DNA of 64,000 nt, taken from Amphiscolops sp. MND2022. Taxonomy: Eukaryota. The position numbers were made by a program, and so were the translations under genes. Below the pieces are notes generated by a model that did not search any database, was not told where the DNA came from, and worked only from the letters and a program-made list of their open reading frames with translations. This document shows, in pieces, positions 1 to 10,462 of this stretch; the stretch's first letter is position 1; each line of letters opens with the position of its first letter. Where the stretch lies: the NCBI GenBank assembly GCA_964187785.1, contig OZ076413.1:44766001-44830000 (forward strand). Direction: 5' to 3'.

Positions 1-416
1 AGCGCTACATTCGAACTCTCAAGTCAATTTTATTTAAATATTTGCATGAGAACAACACCAGTCGATACATTGATCAACTCCAAAACTTTGTTAACCTCAT
101 CAATTCTCGACCTAACAGGACCACAAAGATTGCTCCGAAAAAAGTGACAAAGAAAGATGTACCGTACCTCGTGTCGTTATCAGCCAATGCCAACCCTGTG
201 AAAAAACCACGGTATAAGATTGGTGATACAGTAAGGATTCGATTGAAAATCCCCACTTTCCACAAGGGCTATAAAATTCAGTTTACAGAAGAAATATTTG
301 AAATTGTAGCCAATCCGACACTGAACCCCCCGACGTACACAATAAAAGACAAGGACGGCCAAGTCATCGAAGGAAAATTCTACGAGGCAGAATTAGTTTT
401 ATTTCGTTACAGTTGA
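1..416 (+). CDS. Polinton retroviral-like integrase, C-terminal part (5' end outside window)
   Basis: N..INSR..RTTKIAP, PRYKIGDTVRI, FHKGYKIQFTEEIF, PPTYTIKD..G..IEGKFYEAEL are typical of the Polinton INT C-terminus and parallel element 2 at 56114-56300. Confidence 0.9.
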   Translation, partial: RYIRTLKSILFKYLHENNTSRYIDQLQNFVNLINSRPNRTTKIAPKKVTKKDVPYLVSLSANANPVKKPRYKIGDTVRIRLKIPTFHKGYKIQFTEEIFEIVANPTLNPPTYTIKDKDGQVIEGKFYEAELVLFRYS

Positions 417-445
417 GTAGGTAGCTAGATGACCTTGTACCTGCA

Positions 446-1288
446 ATGGAACAAACTTTTACAATCAATTTAATTTCCAATGCTTCCATGCAAGTGTTTC
501 CTGCAAACACTATGGCTCAATTCACAACATTATTACCCCATAGAATTGAACTAGCTGGAGACTGGGAAGTTGCCATTCTAGAGGCATCTTGGCCGGCCAA
601 AGTTAAAAACATTACAAGCGCCGCATTTACGTTGAGTTGCTTCGACAAAAAGTCAAAGAGACCAACAAGACCGAAACATAATGGAACGATACCAGACGGC
701 TATTATCCAAACGTCGACATTCTGATGACTAAACTGATACAATCAGTGTATCAAAGAAACGACACAAACTTCCCAGTTAGTTGGAAAGTTGATCCAGTCA
801 GCGGGAAAATTGAAGTTTTTTTCCACAGTCAAGAGTTGGAAGATCAATTTTGGCTCCTGTTCAAGTCAAGCGATCTGTCAAACACACTCGGAATCACCGA
901 CACGATTTGTTGCACAATTCAAAGCCAACTTGAAAAAGGTTACGCCGTGCAAGGCACTTACCCGGTCGATCTACAGGGTGGTCGGCACACAATGTTTTTA
1001 TACTGCGATTTTATTCAAAACGAAATCTTGGGTGACGCTCAAACAGCTCTTTTGAGGGCCATACCGTTGAACCAAAGAGATGCTGTTTCCAATGCAACAT
1101 GCTACAGAAACTTTCACAAATTGCAGTGGAAAAAACTGACAAGGTCAAATTTTCAATCAATAACGATAAGACTCTGCGATGAAAGCGGCCAGCTGATGCC
1201 TTTCGTCAGTATTGGACGGACCAATTGGACGGCTTTCCGTCGCCGCAGCGGCCACTCGTCTTCATTCAACTCAAATCAACAATTCTGA
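446..1288 (+). CDS. Polinton minor capsid (penton-like) protein
   Basis: LISNASMQVFPANT..QFTTLLP..IEL.GDWEVA..E and FLYCDFI....GD....LLR; homologous to 56304-57146. Confidence 0.85.
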   Translation: MEQTFTINLISNASMQVFPANTMAQFTTLLPHRIELAGDWEVAILEASWPAKVKNITSAAFTLSCFDKKSKRPTRPKHNGTIPDGYYPNVDILMTKLIQSVYQRNDTNFPVSWKVDPVSGKIEVFFHSQELEDQFWLLFKSSDLSNTLGITDTICCTIQSQLEKGYAVQGTYPVDLQGGRHTMFLYCDFIQNEILGDAQTALLRAIPLNQRDAVSNATCYRNFHKLQWKKLTRSNFQSITIRLCDESGQLMPFVSIGRTNWTAFRRRSGHSSSFNSNQQF

Positions 1289-1321
1289 ACAGTTGCTAAC
1301 TAAAAGACCAAAGCACAATCT

Positions 1322-1780
1322 ATGGATGCTTACTATGCTTCGCAGAGGACATTCCACGGACCAGCAAGGCAATTCGGTTCCGGGGCAGGTCTGGGAGCCT
1401 TTGCAGTTCGCGTGGGACGGACTGCCATGCCGCTTTTGAAAAAATACGTCGCCCCAATAGTCAAACAAGTAGGCCAAAATGTGCTGGAAGCCGCTCTACC
1501 CGAAGTGGCCAGTCTCATTTCAGGCAAAAAGAAGACGAAGAGGGCGATCAAGGATGTCGCCAAACGGGTGATAGCAAAAACTATTGAGCCGAGTGCCGCG
1601 GCGGGCGGCACGGCGGGCGGCGGTCGGGCGGGCGGCGGCGGCGCAGCCAGAAAACGAAAACATGCTGAGTTGTTGAAAGCTCCTTCAACAAAAACAATCA
1701 TTTCGAACAGAAAGACCCCCAAGAGAAGTCGGGCAGACATTTTGACCAAAGTGAGATTTGCCAATTCTTCCAACAGTTGA
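1322..1780 (+). CDS. Basic Polinton core/packaging protein (adenovirus pVII/pX-like position)
   Basis: F.GP.RQ.G.G.GLG motif, amphipathic segment, Gly/Ala linker and K/R-rich tail; lies between the minor and major capsid genes as in element 2. Confidence 0.7.
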   Translation: MDAYYASQRTFHGPARQFGSGAGLGAFAVRVGRTAMPLLKKYVAPIVKQVGQNVLEAALPEVASLISGKKKTKRAIKDVAKRVIAKTIEPSAAAGGTAGGGRAGGGGAARKRKHAELLKAPSTKTIISNRKTPKRSRADILTKVRFANSSNS

Positions 1781-1785
1781 AGGGA

Positions 1786-3130
1786 ATGAGTGCCAGCACA
1801 CCCAATTCAATACAATTTCATAGCCGAGCAAGCGATGTAGCTCAACCAGTAACACACAGTGCACTAGACTTTTTTGAAAAACCTTCAGTCTTGATCAATT
1901 ACGAAGGGTCCCACGACCAAGAAGTTTTTCCACAAGTGGGGTGTCGAGGACCACAATTGGATTTTGTAGTTACCTCCGACAATAGAAACCTGGTTGATTT
2001 GAACAAAATAGTCTTGGACATCGACTGTGCCATCTATAAAGCCGATGGGAAAACGCCTGCCGAAGAAGTTCTTCCTGTATGTTTTGCAAACAACACGCTA
2101 CATAGTTTGTTCTCTCACGCCGAGGTTTTTATTGACGGCATATTGGTTTCATCGAGCAACAATGCATACCACCACGCAGCATTCATCGAGACGGAAATGA
2201 CGACCGACCTTGATGCGAAAGCAACTTGGGCTCGATGTCAAGGCTACGAGTACCAGGCAGACAAAACATCAGAGGAAGTTAGCCAAGTGGAAAAATGAAA
2301 AATACGAGCAGGCAAAAATCTCGAAAAACAAATTACGACTGGTTGGAGCGCCCCATATTGACTTTTTCGAATGTGAAAAAATTCTTTTGCCAGGAATTAC
2401 ACTTCACATACGCTTCCACAGATCAAGCAACGACTTTGTACTAACATCTCTAGACAGCAGCAGTGATGATGAAAAGTTTGTTGCAATTATTGAAAGGGCA
2501 TCACTGTTCGTCACCAAAATGGTCGTGAAGGACTCTGTGCGAATGTCCATAGAAAAGGCGTTGGTAAGTGGTCCTGCCCATTATTCCTACACTGAGACAT
2601 TAAATAAAAGTTTCATCATTCAAGCAGGACAAAACAGCTTTGTGAAAGAAAATATTTTTGGAACGGAACCAGTCAGACGTCTCACTTTGTGCATGACAAC
2701 AAACGAACAATTCCGAGGAACTAGGAACGCAGATGCCTTCCATTATAAACCGTTTGGCTTGCAGAGACTAGAAATTACTCGTGGAAATGGGGTCCCCGTC
2801 TCAGGTAGTCCGCTGGACATGAGGAATGGAAAAATGCGAGCCTATTACAACACAATATGTTCACTTGGCTTTGCTGCGGGTAAAGGAGGAAACGGAATCG
2901 CTTACAAAAATTTTGACGATCATTTCGTTTTGGTATTCGATCTGACCTCTAGCAGAGAAGCTTCCAAAAGTCTCACCTTCTTTCCTGAACTAACAGGAGG
3001 TAGTCTCATGTTGAAGTTAACTTTTGAGCAACAATTGGAACAAACAATTGAGCTCTTCCTCATTGCGGAAAAATTTAGTCAAATTTTCATTACATCCGAA
3101 AGAACAGTTCTCAAAAATACGGTATTGTAG
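1786..3130 (+). pseudogene. Polinton major capsid protein (double jelly-roll), frameshifted near 2280
   Basis: ORFs 1777-2298 and 2210-3130 join into one ~445-aa protein collinear with intact MCP 57517-58761 (NNTLHSLFS, ENIF...P.RR, FVLVFDLTS). Confidence 0.88.
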
Positions 3131-3148
3131 CTGTATCAAGTCACACTA

Positions 3149-3640
3149 ATGGACACTTGGGCTCTACAAAAACTGGCACTCAAATGTAGTCATTTGATAG
3201 AAACGTTTCGGGGAGTTTGGAGTGCAGACAACTTTCCTCTGATGGAAGAGGACGATGCATCACCGTCATTTCAAATTGTCAACACTGAAGCTAGCAACAA
3301 ACCCGGAAAACACTGGATTCTACTATGCAAAAGAACTAAATCAGGTATAGGTGCTATCATATTTTGGGATAGCTTGGGAAAAAGGCCGAGAAAATACAAG
3401 GTATTGTTCGAACGATTGAATGAAATTTATAAAAAAATTGTTGTATTCAACCATCCTCTTCAGAGCAACTATTCAAATTGCTGTGGTTTGTATTGTATAC
3501 TTGTTGCACATTATTTACCATTATCGGAAAATAACAAAGCAGCTGCACAAATGCTCCCAAAGAAGATGGTTGATGAGTGTTCATTAATTCGTTTTATAAA
3601 TTACCATTATAATACTGCTTTCACATTTGTAGTCATTTGA
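3149..3640 (+). CDS. Adenain-like cysteine maturation protease
   Basis: IVNT....PGKHW (His), FWDSLG (Asp), LQS..SNCCGLYC (Gln/Cys). Confidence 0.9.
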   Translation: MDTWALQKLALKCSHLIETFRGVWSADNFPLMEEDDASPSFQIVNTEASNKPGKHWILLCKRTKSGIGAIIFWDSLGKRPRKYKVLFERLNEIYKKIVVFNHPLQSNYSNCCGLYCILVAHYLPLSENNKAAAQMLPKKMVDECSLIRFINYHYNTAFTFVVI

Positions 3641-3654
3641 TTAATTGATCATTA

Positions 3655-4115
3655 TTAACCACAATCACTTTCTTCGGCTTCACTAAGTATGAAGGGACAC
3701 TTTCGTTTTGGTTCTCTGTCATCATCATCATCTCCACAGTAGTCAGACAGTTCATCGAAATTGACAATGTTTGAAGAATGCTCATCAGCATCGTCATCAT
3801 AGGGTCGAGACGAGAAACCAGGATCAATAGGACCTGATAAGGAAAGAAAATAAAGTACTCGGTGCTTTAGTTTACAGAAATTCGAATACTTAGAGTGATA
3901 TACATACTGAAGATGGAGGAGGCCAACGAGAGCACAGAGGCGTCGTCACTTTGAGGAAAAACAGACGACGAAGCCCCATCATCATCATTATCATCATCAT
4001 CATCTAACTCAGTGTCATCTTCGGCGGATGAGGATGAGACTGAGTAGGAGCGGGTTGAGTCAGAGAAGTCTGAAAAAAAGAACGAATAAAATTAACCATT
4101 CACACCTTTATGCAT
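3655..4115 (-). CDS. Predicted 3-exon acidic Asp/Ser-rich protein, 116 aa (exons 4115-4106, 4069-3908, 3833-3655)
   Basis: GT-AG introns at 4105-4070 (36 nt) and 3907-3834 (74 nt, GTATGT…TTTCTTTCCTTATCAG), both phase 1, give a stop-free frame MHKDFSDSTRS…DDDDNDDDG…IFSPIDPG…DDDDDREPKRKCPFILSEAEESDCG*. Exon 1 is less certain than exons 2-3. Confidence 0.6.
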
Positions 4116-7100
4116 AAGATTGAAAATAGGTGAAAGTATTACTTGACTGTTTAAGTGAATGATGTCCGTAGGCCAAAGATTTAACACCACAATCCAAGAG
4201 AAATCGTTTATCATCAAAGGCGCTTAGGGCAGTTTTGTTCACTTGAGCCACGACTAGTTGATGTTGCTGCGATCGAATTTGGGTGTTGACCCTGCAAATG
4301 TTCACTTTCGATTCTATAATGCTGGTGAACAGATCGTGATTCAACGTTTTTTTCACGCATTTTTGAACTCCTTTGGCACTCTGCTTTACGCCACTGTCAA
4401 ATTTTATACTGTAGAGTTTAGATCTCAAGCAAGTACATTCCAGTAGAATTTGACCATTCAATTCGTCCTTCATGGTTAGCGGCTTCTTCTTGTTAGTTGC
4501 GTCGTACAATTTATGATTCTGAGGGTAGTCAGACAAATCCAAGAGATTTTTGAAAGATTCCATGTCTGAGTATAGATCATCTGTTTCGATTCGATATAAA
4601 AGAGACTCAGTATCCTTGTAGACGACAGTTACTTTTTCTACATAACGTGGCTTCATTTCGTTATAGTGGAAATTATACAGCACAATTTTCGATAAGTCCA
4701 AAATGGCGGCTCCAACAGGCGTTGGTTTATTCCAGAAAATTGAGGTTTTCGAAAAATTCAGTGACACTAGATTGCTGTGGATTATTTGAAAAGTCAAAAA
4801 ATTAGGCTTCAGGGTGTAACGTTTGGCCTCGGTAGTATTCGCAACAAACTTAGTATCCCTTCTATGACGTAGATTCTCCATCGTTTTGCCGAAACAGGCA
4901 TTAGAAAGGAGCTTGAAAAAATTCTTCTCGAAATCTGTTGTCGCATTTTTTCGCATTTGGGTGTTTTTGGATATGTAGTTTCCAAGCCAGCAGCTTTGAT
5001 CGAACTGCAGAACACGATGGAGTTTCTTGACCTTGAGACCTTGCTCCAAATAAAATTTAAGGTTTCTAAAGTGGCATATATAAAACTGTTTATCAAATAG
5101 CGTTTCAATAAGCTTGGCCACTGGTGAAACTGGAAGATTGAAGGAATTGGCGTAATCCGACAGCCATTCCTTCTTGATTGCGAGTTTTTCCGGAGCAAGA
5201 GGTAGGTCGTTGTGAGATGCATGCAAATGTGCTGGATATTCCAGGTCCACCTCAACGAAAAAACCAACGGGCCCGAAAGAGTCAGTTTGTAGGATATCCT
5301 CTAAAGTCAAATCTTCTCTCCATTTGTAGTTGCCGACAGGAAGAGGTTGCTGCATTGTTCCAGCATATAATGAAGTGACATCAAAAAATGCTCCAAACAC
5401 TGAAGGCTGGGAGGGATCAAAATCTTGCATGTATTGATTGTTAGCTTTGAAGTGTCGCAGGGCGCCGGTTCCATCGATACCGCCGCGAATAGCCCGCTCA
5501 CAAAACAGTAACATATCAATATCCGTCAAAACTCCAAGCTCAACTTTGGTGGTGATCAGCATCGCTTCCCAGCTCAAGTTGGGAGCTGAAAAAAAAGAGC
5601 AGGATCTAGTTGATACTCTTTCACACCCACGTCACGGAAAGCCTGAAAGATGTCTGCGAGAAGATACACATCAAGGGTTAAATATAGGTCATGATAATCG
5701 CCAAAGTCTTTGCACTGCATCAAATTGAACATATCCTTTGCTGTTTGGTACTGATCCTCGGTTATATCAATTTTACCAGTAAGACTATTTCTCCAAGCAT
5801 CACCGTATGCTGGAAAAGGATCCGAAAACCTTTCGAAGCTGTTCAAGAAACTGTAGGGAAAATACCCTTTACCGCGAACTTTTCGAAAGTCAGCATCGTT
5901 CAGATGCGAAAATTTCCTCCTTAAAAGTATGAGCGATGAAGACTCCATTGTTCTGGCCAAGCTGTCGAGAGATTGGGACATGAATTGAAAACTGTCTAAG
6001 AAGCGAATTTCACTGTAAAGCGCAACAACTTTACCGTCCTTGCGTTTGTATTCAGAGACTTTGATGCGAAGGCTAAAAGAGATATAAATTTCGTCAGTAC
6101 GCGAGATGGCTGAAAATTTTTCACCAGGGAGAACATTGATATTTTTCAAAATGTGGTGGGAATCATACCTGGAGAGATTGTGAAAGAACACAGGCAAGAA
6201 ACGCTTGATCTGAGCCTTCAAATTACACATGGAATGAGCAATCCCAAAAATCATGCCCGATGAGTGGCAGTGATGAATCACCGGGTCATCTTGTATGACG
6301 CTTTTGCAAATACAACACTTTTCACCTCTAGTTGAGGCCAGGAATTGCTCTTGTTGAGTTTTAGTGAGCACATCACTTAGAAATCTGTACCTTTGTCTCT
6401 CAGAGTCACACCAGGCATTCCACTTGCGAAGGCAGTTCATCAACTTTTCGATGCAATCTTCTCCGCGGTAAAAAGATTCATCGACAACTTTGTTGCTTTG
6501 AGAATCAACCAAAACAGCTCCATAGCTCGCAGGTAGCTGTTTCTCAATCAGAACAGTTTTGCTGCCGCTCTGAATAAACATCGGAACATTGAGAGCTTCT
6601 AAATCTGCATAAACGACAAAAGGACACTTCTGAGTTTTTTCCTAGTTTGAGAAAGTCAGTTTCAGATGCTCACTGGGCATCACAATCCTCAAAGGTTGAT
6701 TGTCATCACAAAGTCGAGCATGTTCCATGAATTTTTGCTTCCCAATAGACTGCATGCAGTTCACGCAAAACTTCGTTTTGGGACCCTTGGCAGCTCGTTT
6801 TGGAGATCTGCATACTTTATGCATGAAAGCTTGAAAATTAGTTATCAGACAATAGTGCGAATTGAAGCCATCCAAAAGTAAAAGCAAAAAAATCTTTGGA
6901 TATTCCCCTCTGTTTCTACTTCGATGACAACAGATGAGTCCTCCCTGCTCATCGAAATTAAACACTGTTATGGAGAGATTATTGTCGCTTTCAAATCTTG
7001 CGATATCCTTAAGTTTCATAGGCATCATTGACTCGCTGAATTTGAGACGATTAAATTTGTCACGGTATTGAGAAGGCCTGTCGCGATTTTTGGACCGAGG

Positions 7101-7928
7101 ATAAAGGTACGCGAGAATACAATATATGAAGCAGAAATTGTCAAACAAGTTTTTGATATTAAGCAGACATTTACGCATGCCCCCAAGTTTTGCTGGGGTT
7201 GGCAGAAAAGAAGTTCCAGCAAGTGATCTTGTATGACAAATTTTGATATCTAAAGATGAAAGCTGTTTAAGAATCCAACCTGAACCACCGGAGCAGAAGA
7301 CGTTGAGTTGTCTCAAAACTTGGTCAATCAACTCATCAAGGTCTGCGTTGTCGATCGACTCAACAGCTCGCACCAAACGTGATGAGAAGTGGGGAGATAT
7401 AGTTTCTTCGGTACATGGTTTTGATAATACAACTTGCAAACACAGACCAACGCGGGATATTCCTTGGTTGGTCATTTCCTGGTCAATCAAAAGTCCGATA
7501 TTGGCTCGATTACTCCATATAAGGGCCAATGGATCAACACTTTCAGTTTGAACATCTAGTCGCAAAATTTTGAAGTGAGAATTCAAGGCTAACACTGTTT
7601 TAGAAACCTGCGGAATCGAGGCCCAATTGACTTCTGTTGTAGTTGTCATTGTGGACGAAGATACAACAGGGTGCTCCCTGCTCTTGTGCGCGTGGAGATA
7701 GGACTCGTTTCCAAAAATTTTTGGGCAAGCATTACATTGAATGCTTTTATTGAATTTGTGAATATTCCTCAGATGGCGGATCAAATTCTTCGAAGAAGTA
7801 CATGTTACTTCACAATGTCCACAACTGAAAGACCATAGTGAGGGCTCTTTTTTGTGAACAGCTCTGATATGTTTGAAAAGAAGTCGTTTGGTTTGGAAGT
7901 TGTCTCGGCAGTCTGGGCAAGGAAACAT
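4108..7928 (-). pseudogene. Protein-primed family B DNA polymerase with three N-terminal C2H2 fingers, terminal-protein/vOTU-like region and EndoVII-like insert; disrupted
   Basis: Three ORFs are collinear. There is an in-frame TAG at 6642-6644 (FSN*EKTQKCPFVVYADLE) and a frameshift in the T-run at ~5589-5596 (LDPALF/FSAPNLSW). Motifs: ExoI YADLE, ExoII FHNLSRYD, ExoIII YLTLDV, DVTSLY, KLLSNACFGK; motif C is mutated to YKDTES. Confidence 0.92.
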
Positions 7929-8651
7929 TCTGGCAGTGGGTCAATCAAAAACTGAACGTTATATGATGGGTGAAAATTTGAAAAAATATTCTATAAACCA
8001 AAAAAGAACAAAAGAAGTACTTTTCGAAACATGCTAGATCAAATTTAATTTTCACCCATCATTAGAGTAGATGTTAGAGAAGTAGGTTATTCAAATGCAT
8101 GTCTATCATTCAGTAGCTAAACTTTAAAGGATTCTCCGTTGTGTTAATTATATACCAAGAAGAATACTTAGGTTCACCAAAGTTGAACGAAAGTCGAGTT
8201 ATCAAGGTTCATCGACAAATATAGACAACTGAGAAGAAAATTTGAAGTCCAACATTATCGAAATCAACTTCAATTGACATTGCATAATTAATTACTTCTA
8301 GGCAGACTCGTAAATGACCAGATTCTCAGTTATGTTTATTCGATAGAGAAAAGATCGTTTAGGTTCATTATTAAAGTTGAGCTGAAATCAGCTAATCAGG
8401 GTTCATTAGCTTATTTGGACAATGTGTGAAACAGTTTTGACATTATCAAAATGAACTCGGAAAAACTTCGGGCCCTTTGAATAACAAAGGTGTCAAAAAA
8501 TTTGAAAAGTGACAAAAGATGAGATAAAAGTCGGCTGGAAAGGAGTATAAAAGGTGCACACTTGGAATATATCTTGATTGAAGTTCCTGTTGAAAAACGC
8601 TCAATATTGGTTTTTAAAACTCTGCATCGTTGAAATTTCCAAATCATCAAC

Positions 8652-9651
8652 CATGAACAACTCATTCGTTTCAATATTGATTCATGAATCAAGAGAGGTC
8701 ACGGTTCGCGAAACACGAAAACCCGGACAAGAGAGCAGCATCGAAATAAAGGTCCTCAAGAAGCGAGTTGACGAATTTGGCGAAGCTGGCGGGGTGATCG
8801 GCACCGAGGCTTCCTTCCCTGAGAAGGCCTTCACCAAACTGATGAGAATCAACTGGACAATAATTTTCTTCGGGATGCTGGGAAACGATGAATTGCCTCA
8901 GGAGATGCTGGTGCCGACCCCCGCCGACGAGGACGCAGGGCTCCGTATGGAATCGCGTTTCACGTCAACAATTTTCTCTGAAGTCGGTAAGCATGAACAT
9001 ATTAAATAGGATTACTGTTGGTCAAAGAGAGAGGGACTCAGGCAAATTAGTCTTGAATCGAGCTTGAAAGATCACTAACATATTCAGTGCAACCCTTTTC
9101 TTTGGGCGCTTGTGCCTCACAAGACGATGAAATTATCAAGATGACTTAGGTTGTATTGAAGTGCTTTGTTTCAATTCGATAACACTGTTCTCATTTCATG
9201 TTTAGGAGAGAAGACAGCATTCAGGGCGTCAGTGAACATATACAACTCTAACATACATACAAAGAAGAGTGTGTATGTTACAATGAAGGCCTTCCGTTGG
9301 GAGCCCGAATGGTCACAATTCAATCGAGTTGGGCAAGTAATTACGCTGCATCATTGTGAGATGATGCGGCTGATTACGGAATATAACGCCTATCTGGATA
9401 GAATTGTCGCTCCTTCTGGTAAGCCAACGGGAGAGAGCACTTGCGAGGAGGAAGACCGACCCTTGTCACTACTGAAAGCTGGGAAGTCAAAGCGCACTAA
9501 AAAGACAGGATCTTCCTCCTCGCAAGTGCAAAAGAAAATACCAAAAAAGACGGCCCTTGCGGAAGGGACTTCAACGACGCCCGCAGTTGATGCCCCAAAG
9601 GAGACCACTAGCGAAGAAATCACTATCGAAGATAGTGAGGATGAAAACTAA
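8652..9651 (+). CDS. Probable spliced gene with two PC4/Whirly-like domains (ORFs 8652-9009 and 9166-9651), likely frameshifted
   Basis: The 9166 ORF (ASVNIY…SVYVTMKAF…QFNRVGQVITLHHCEMMRL) aligns by eye with the 51813 ORF (ASLKVY…KTYIQLKLY…QFVRKGALSLRVGELEEL). Candidate introns are 8987-9087 (GTAAGC…CACTAAC…TTCAG) and 9150-9205. Confidence 0.5.
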
Positions 9652-10462
9652 TTGTATAGATACAATTGATTTGTATTATTTTATTCAGTACCTAATTGTA
9701 TATTGTTATATTACCTCAAAGTTTTGCTGCTAGTTAGCAAATGACGCATCAAGTTTGAAAAATACATCAAGTATTTCGAGTAAAAACAGTGAAAAAAGAA
9801 AGTCATCATGAGAGCGGGTTTTCAAAGTGACTGCGATCAGATTCGATCCGCGTTCAAAATACTTTTCATATTTTCAAATTGATCTAAAGATGAAAATTGA
9901 AGTACGGAAATGTCCGAAAGTACAAATTCATTTTAATTCCAAAATTGATTTGAGCAAAACCCCTTGCTCCAATGCTTACTAAACGCGCCGTGCCGGCGCG
10001 CTGTTCCTTGCGGCCCAGTATTACGACTCACATGAATTCCATCGTGGTCTACACCACTAGGCTACAGGCGCACTGATTTAGAATGAAATTGGAAGACTGT
10101 AATTAGCAGCGAGAAGGATTGATAAAAGCGATGAAAGCAGTATTGGGAATGAGAAACATCAAATAGAATTAAATTGAGAATACAGCTATTCGGTGTGGTG
10201 GCCGTTCAAACTTCGATGACATTGAATAATTCTAGGGTTGAATTGAAACAGCATTGCAATTCAATCTTTCCAAAACACATAGCATTGAATAAAATCAAAC
10301 ATTGGAAAGAATGATTAGCAGTAACACTTACATCGATAGTTCGAGTTTGTATAAATCGAATAAGTTCAAGGTTAAACAGAAATTTGCGAAAAATGCAGAA
10401 TTTTGTGGAAAAACAATAGGGAGAAACGAAAGTGTGCGAATACCCCTACCAACGTATACTGA

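Larger units (their letters stand above)
1..10028. mobile_element. Polinton/Maverick (adintovirus-like) element 1, left part outside window, degenerate
   Basis: Clustered integrase C-terminus, minor capsid, core protein, MCP, adenain-like protease and protein-primed PolB. The right boundary is tentative (…GTATTACGACT at 10028 resembles the …ATACTACTACT end of element 2). Confidence 0.9.

Noticed and set aside
1333..1773. Antisense 146-aa Pro/Ala-rich ORF
   Set aside because: It is a shadow of the GC-rich core-protein gene.
3633..3827. 64-aa Met-rich minus-strand ORF from the track
   Set aside because: It is the off-frame reading of GAT repeats; the spliced acidic frame explains the region better.
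5574..5600. Programmed ribosomal frameshift in element-1 PolB
   Set aside because: A 1-nt loss in a T-run within a conserved motif, alongside other lesions (TAG, DTE, MCP frameshift), is more simply decay or sequencing error.
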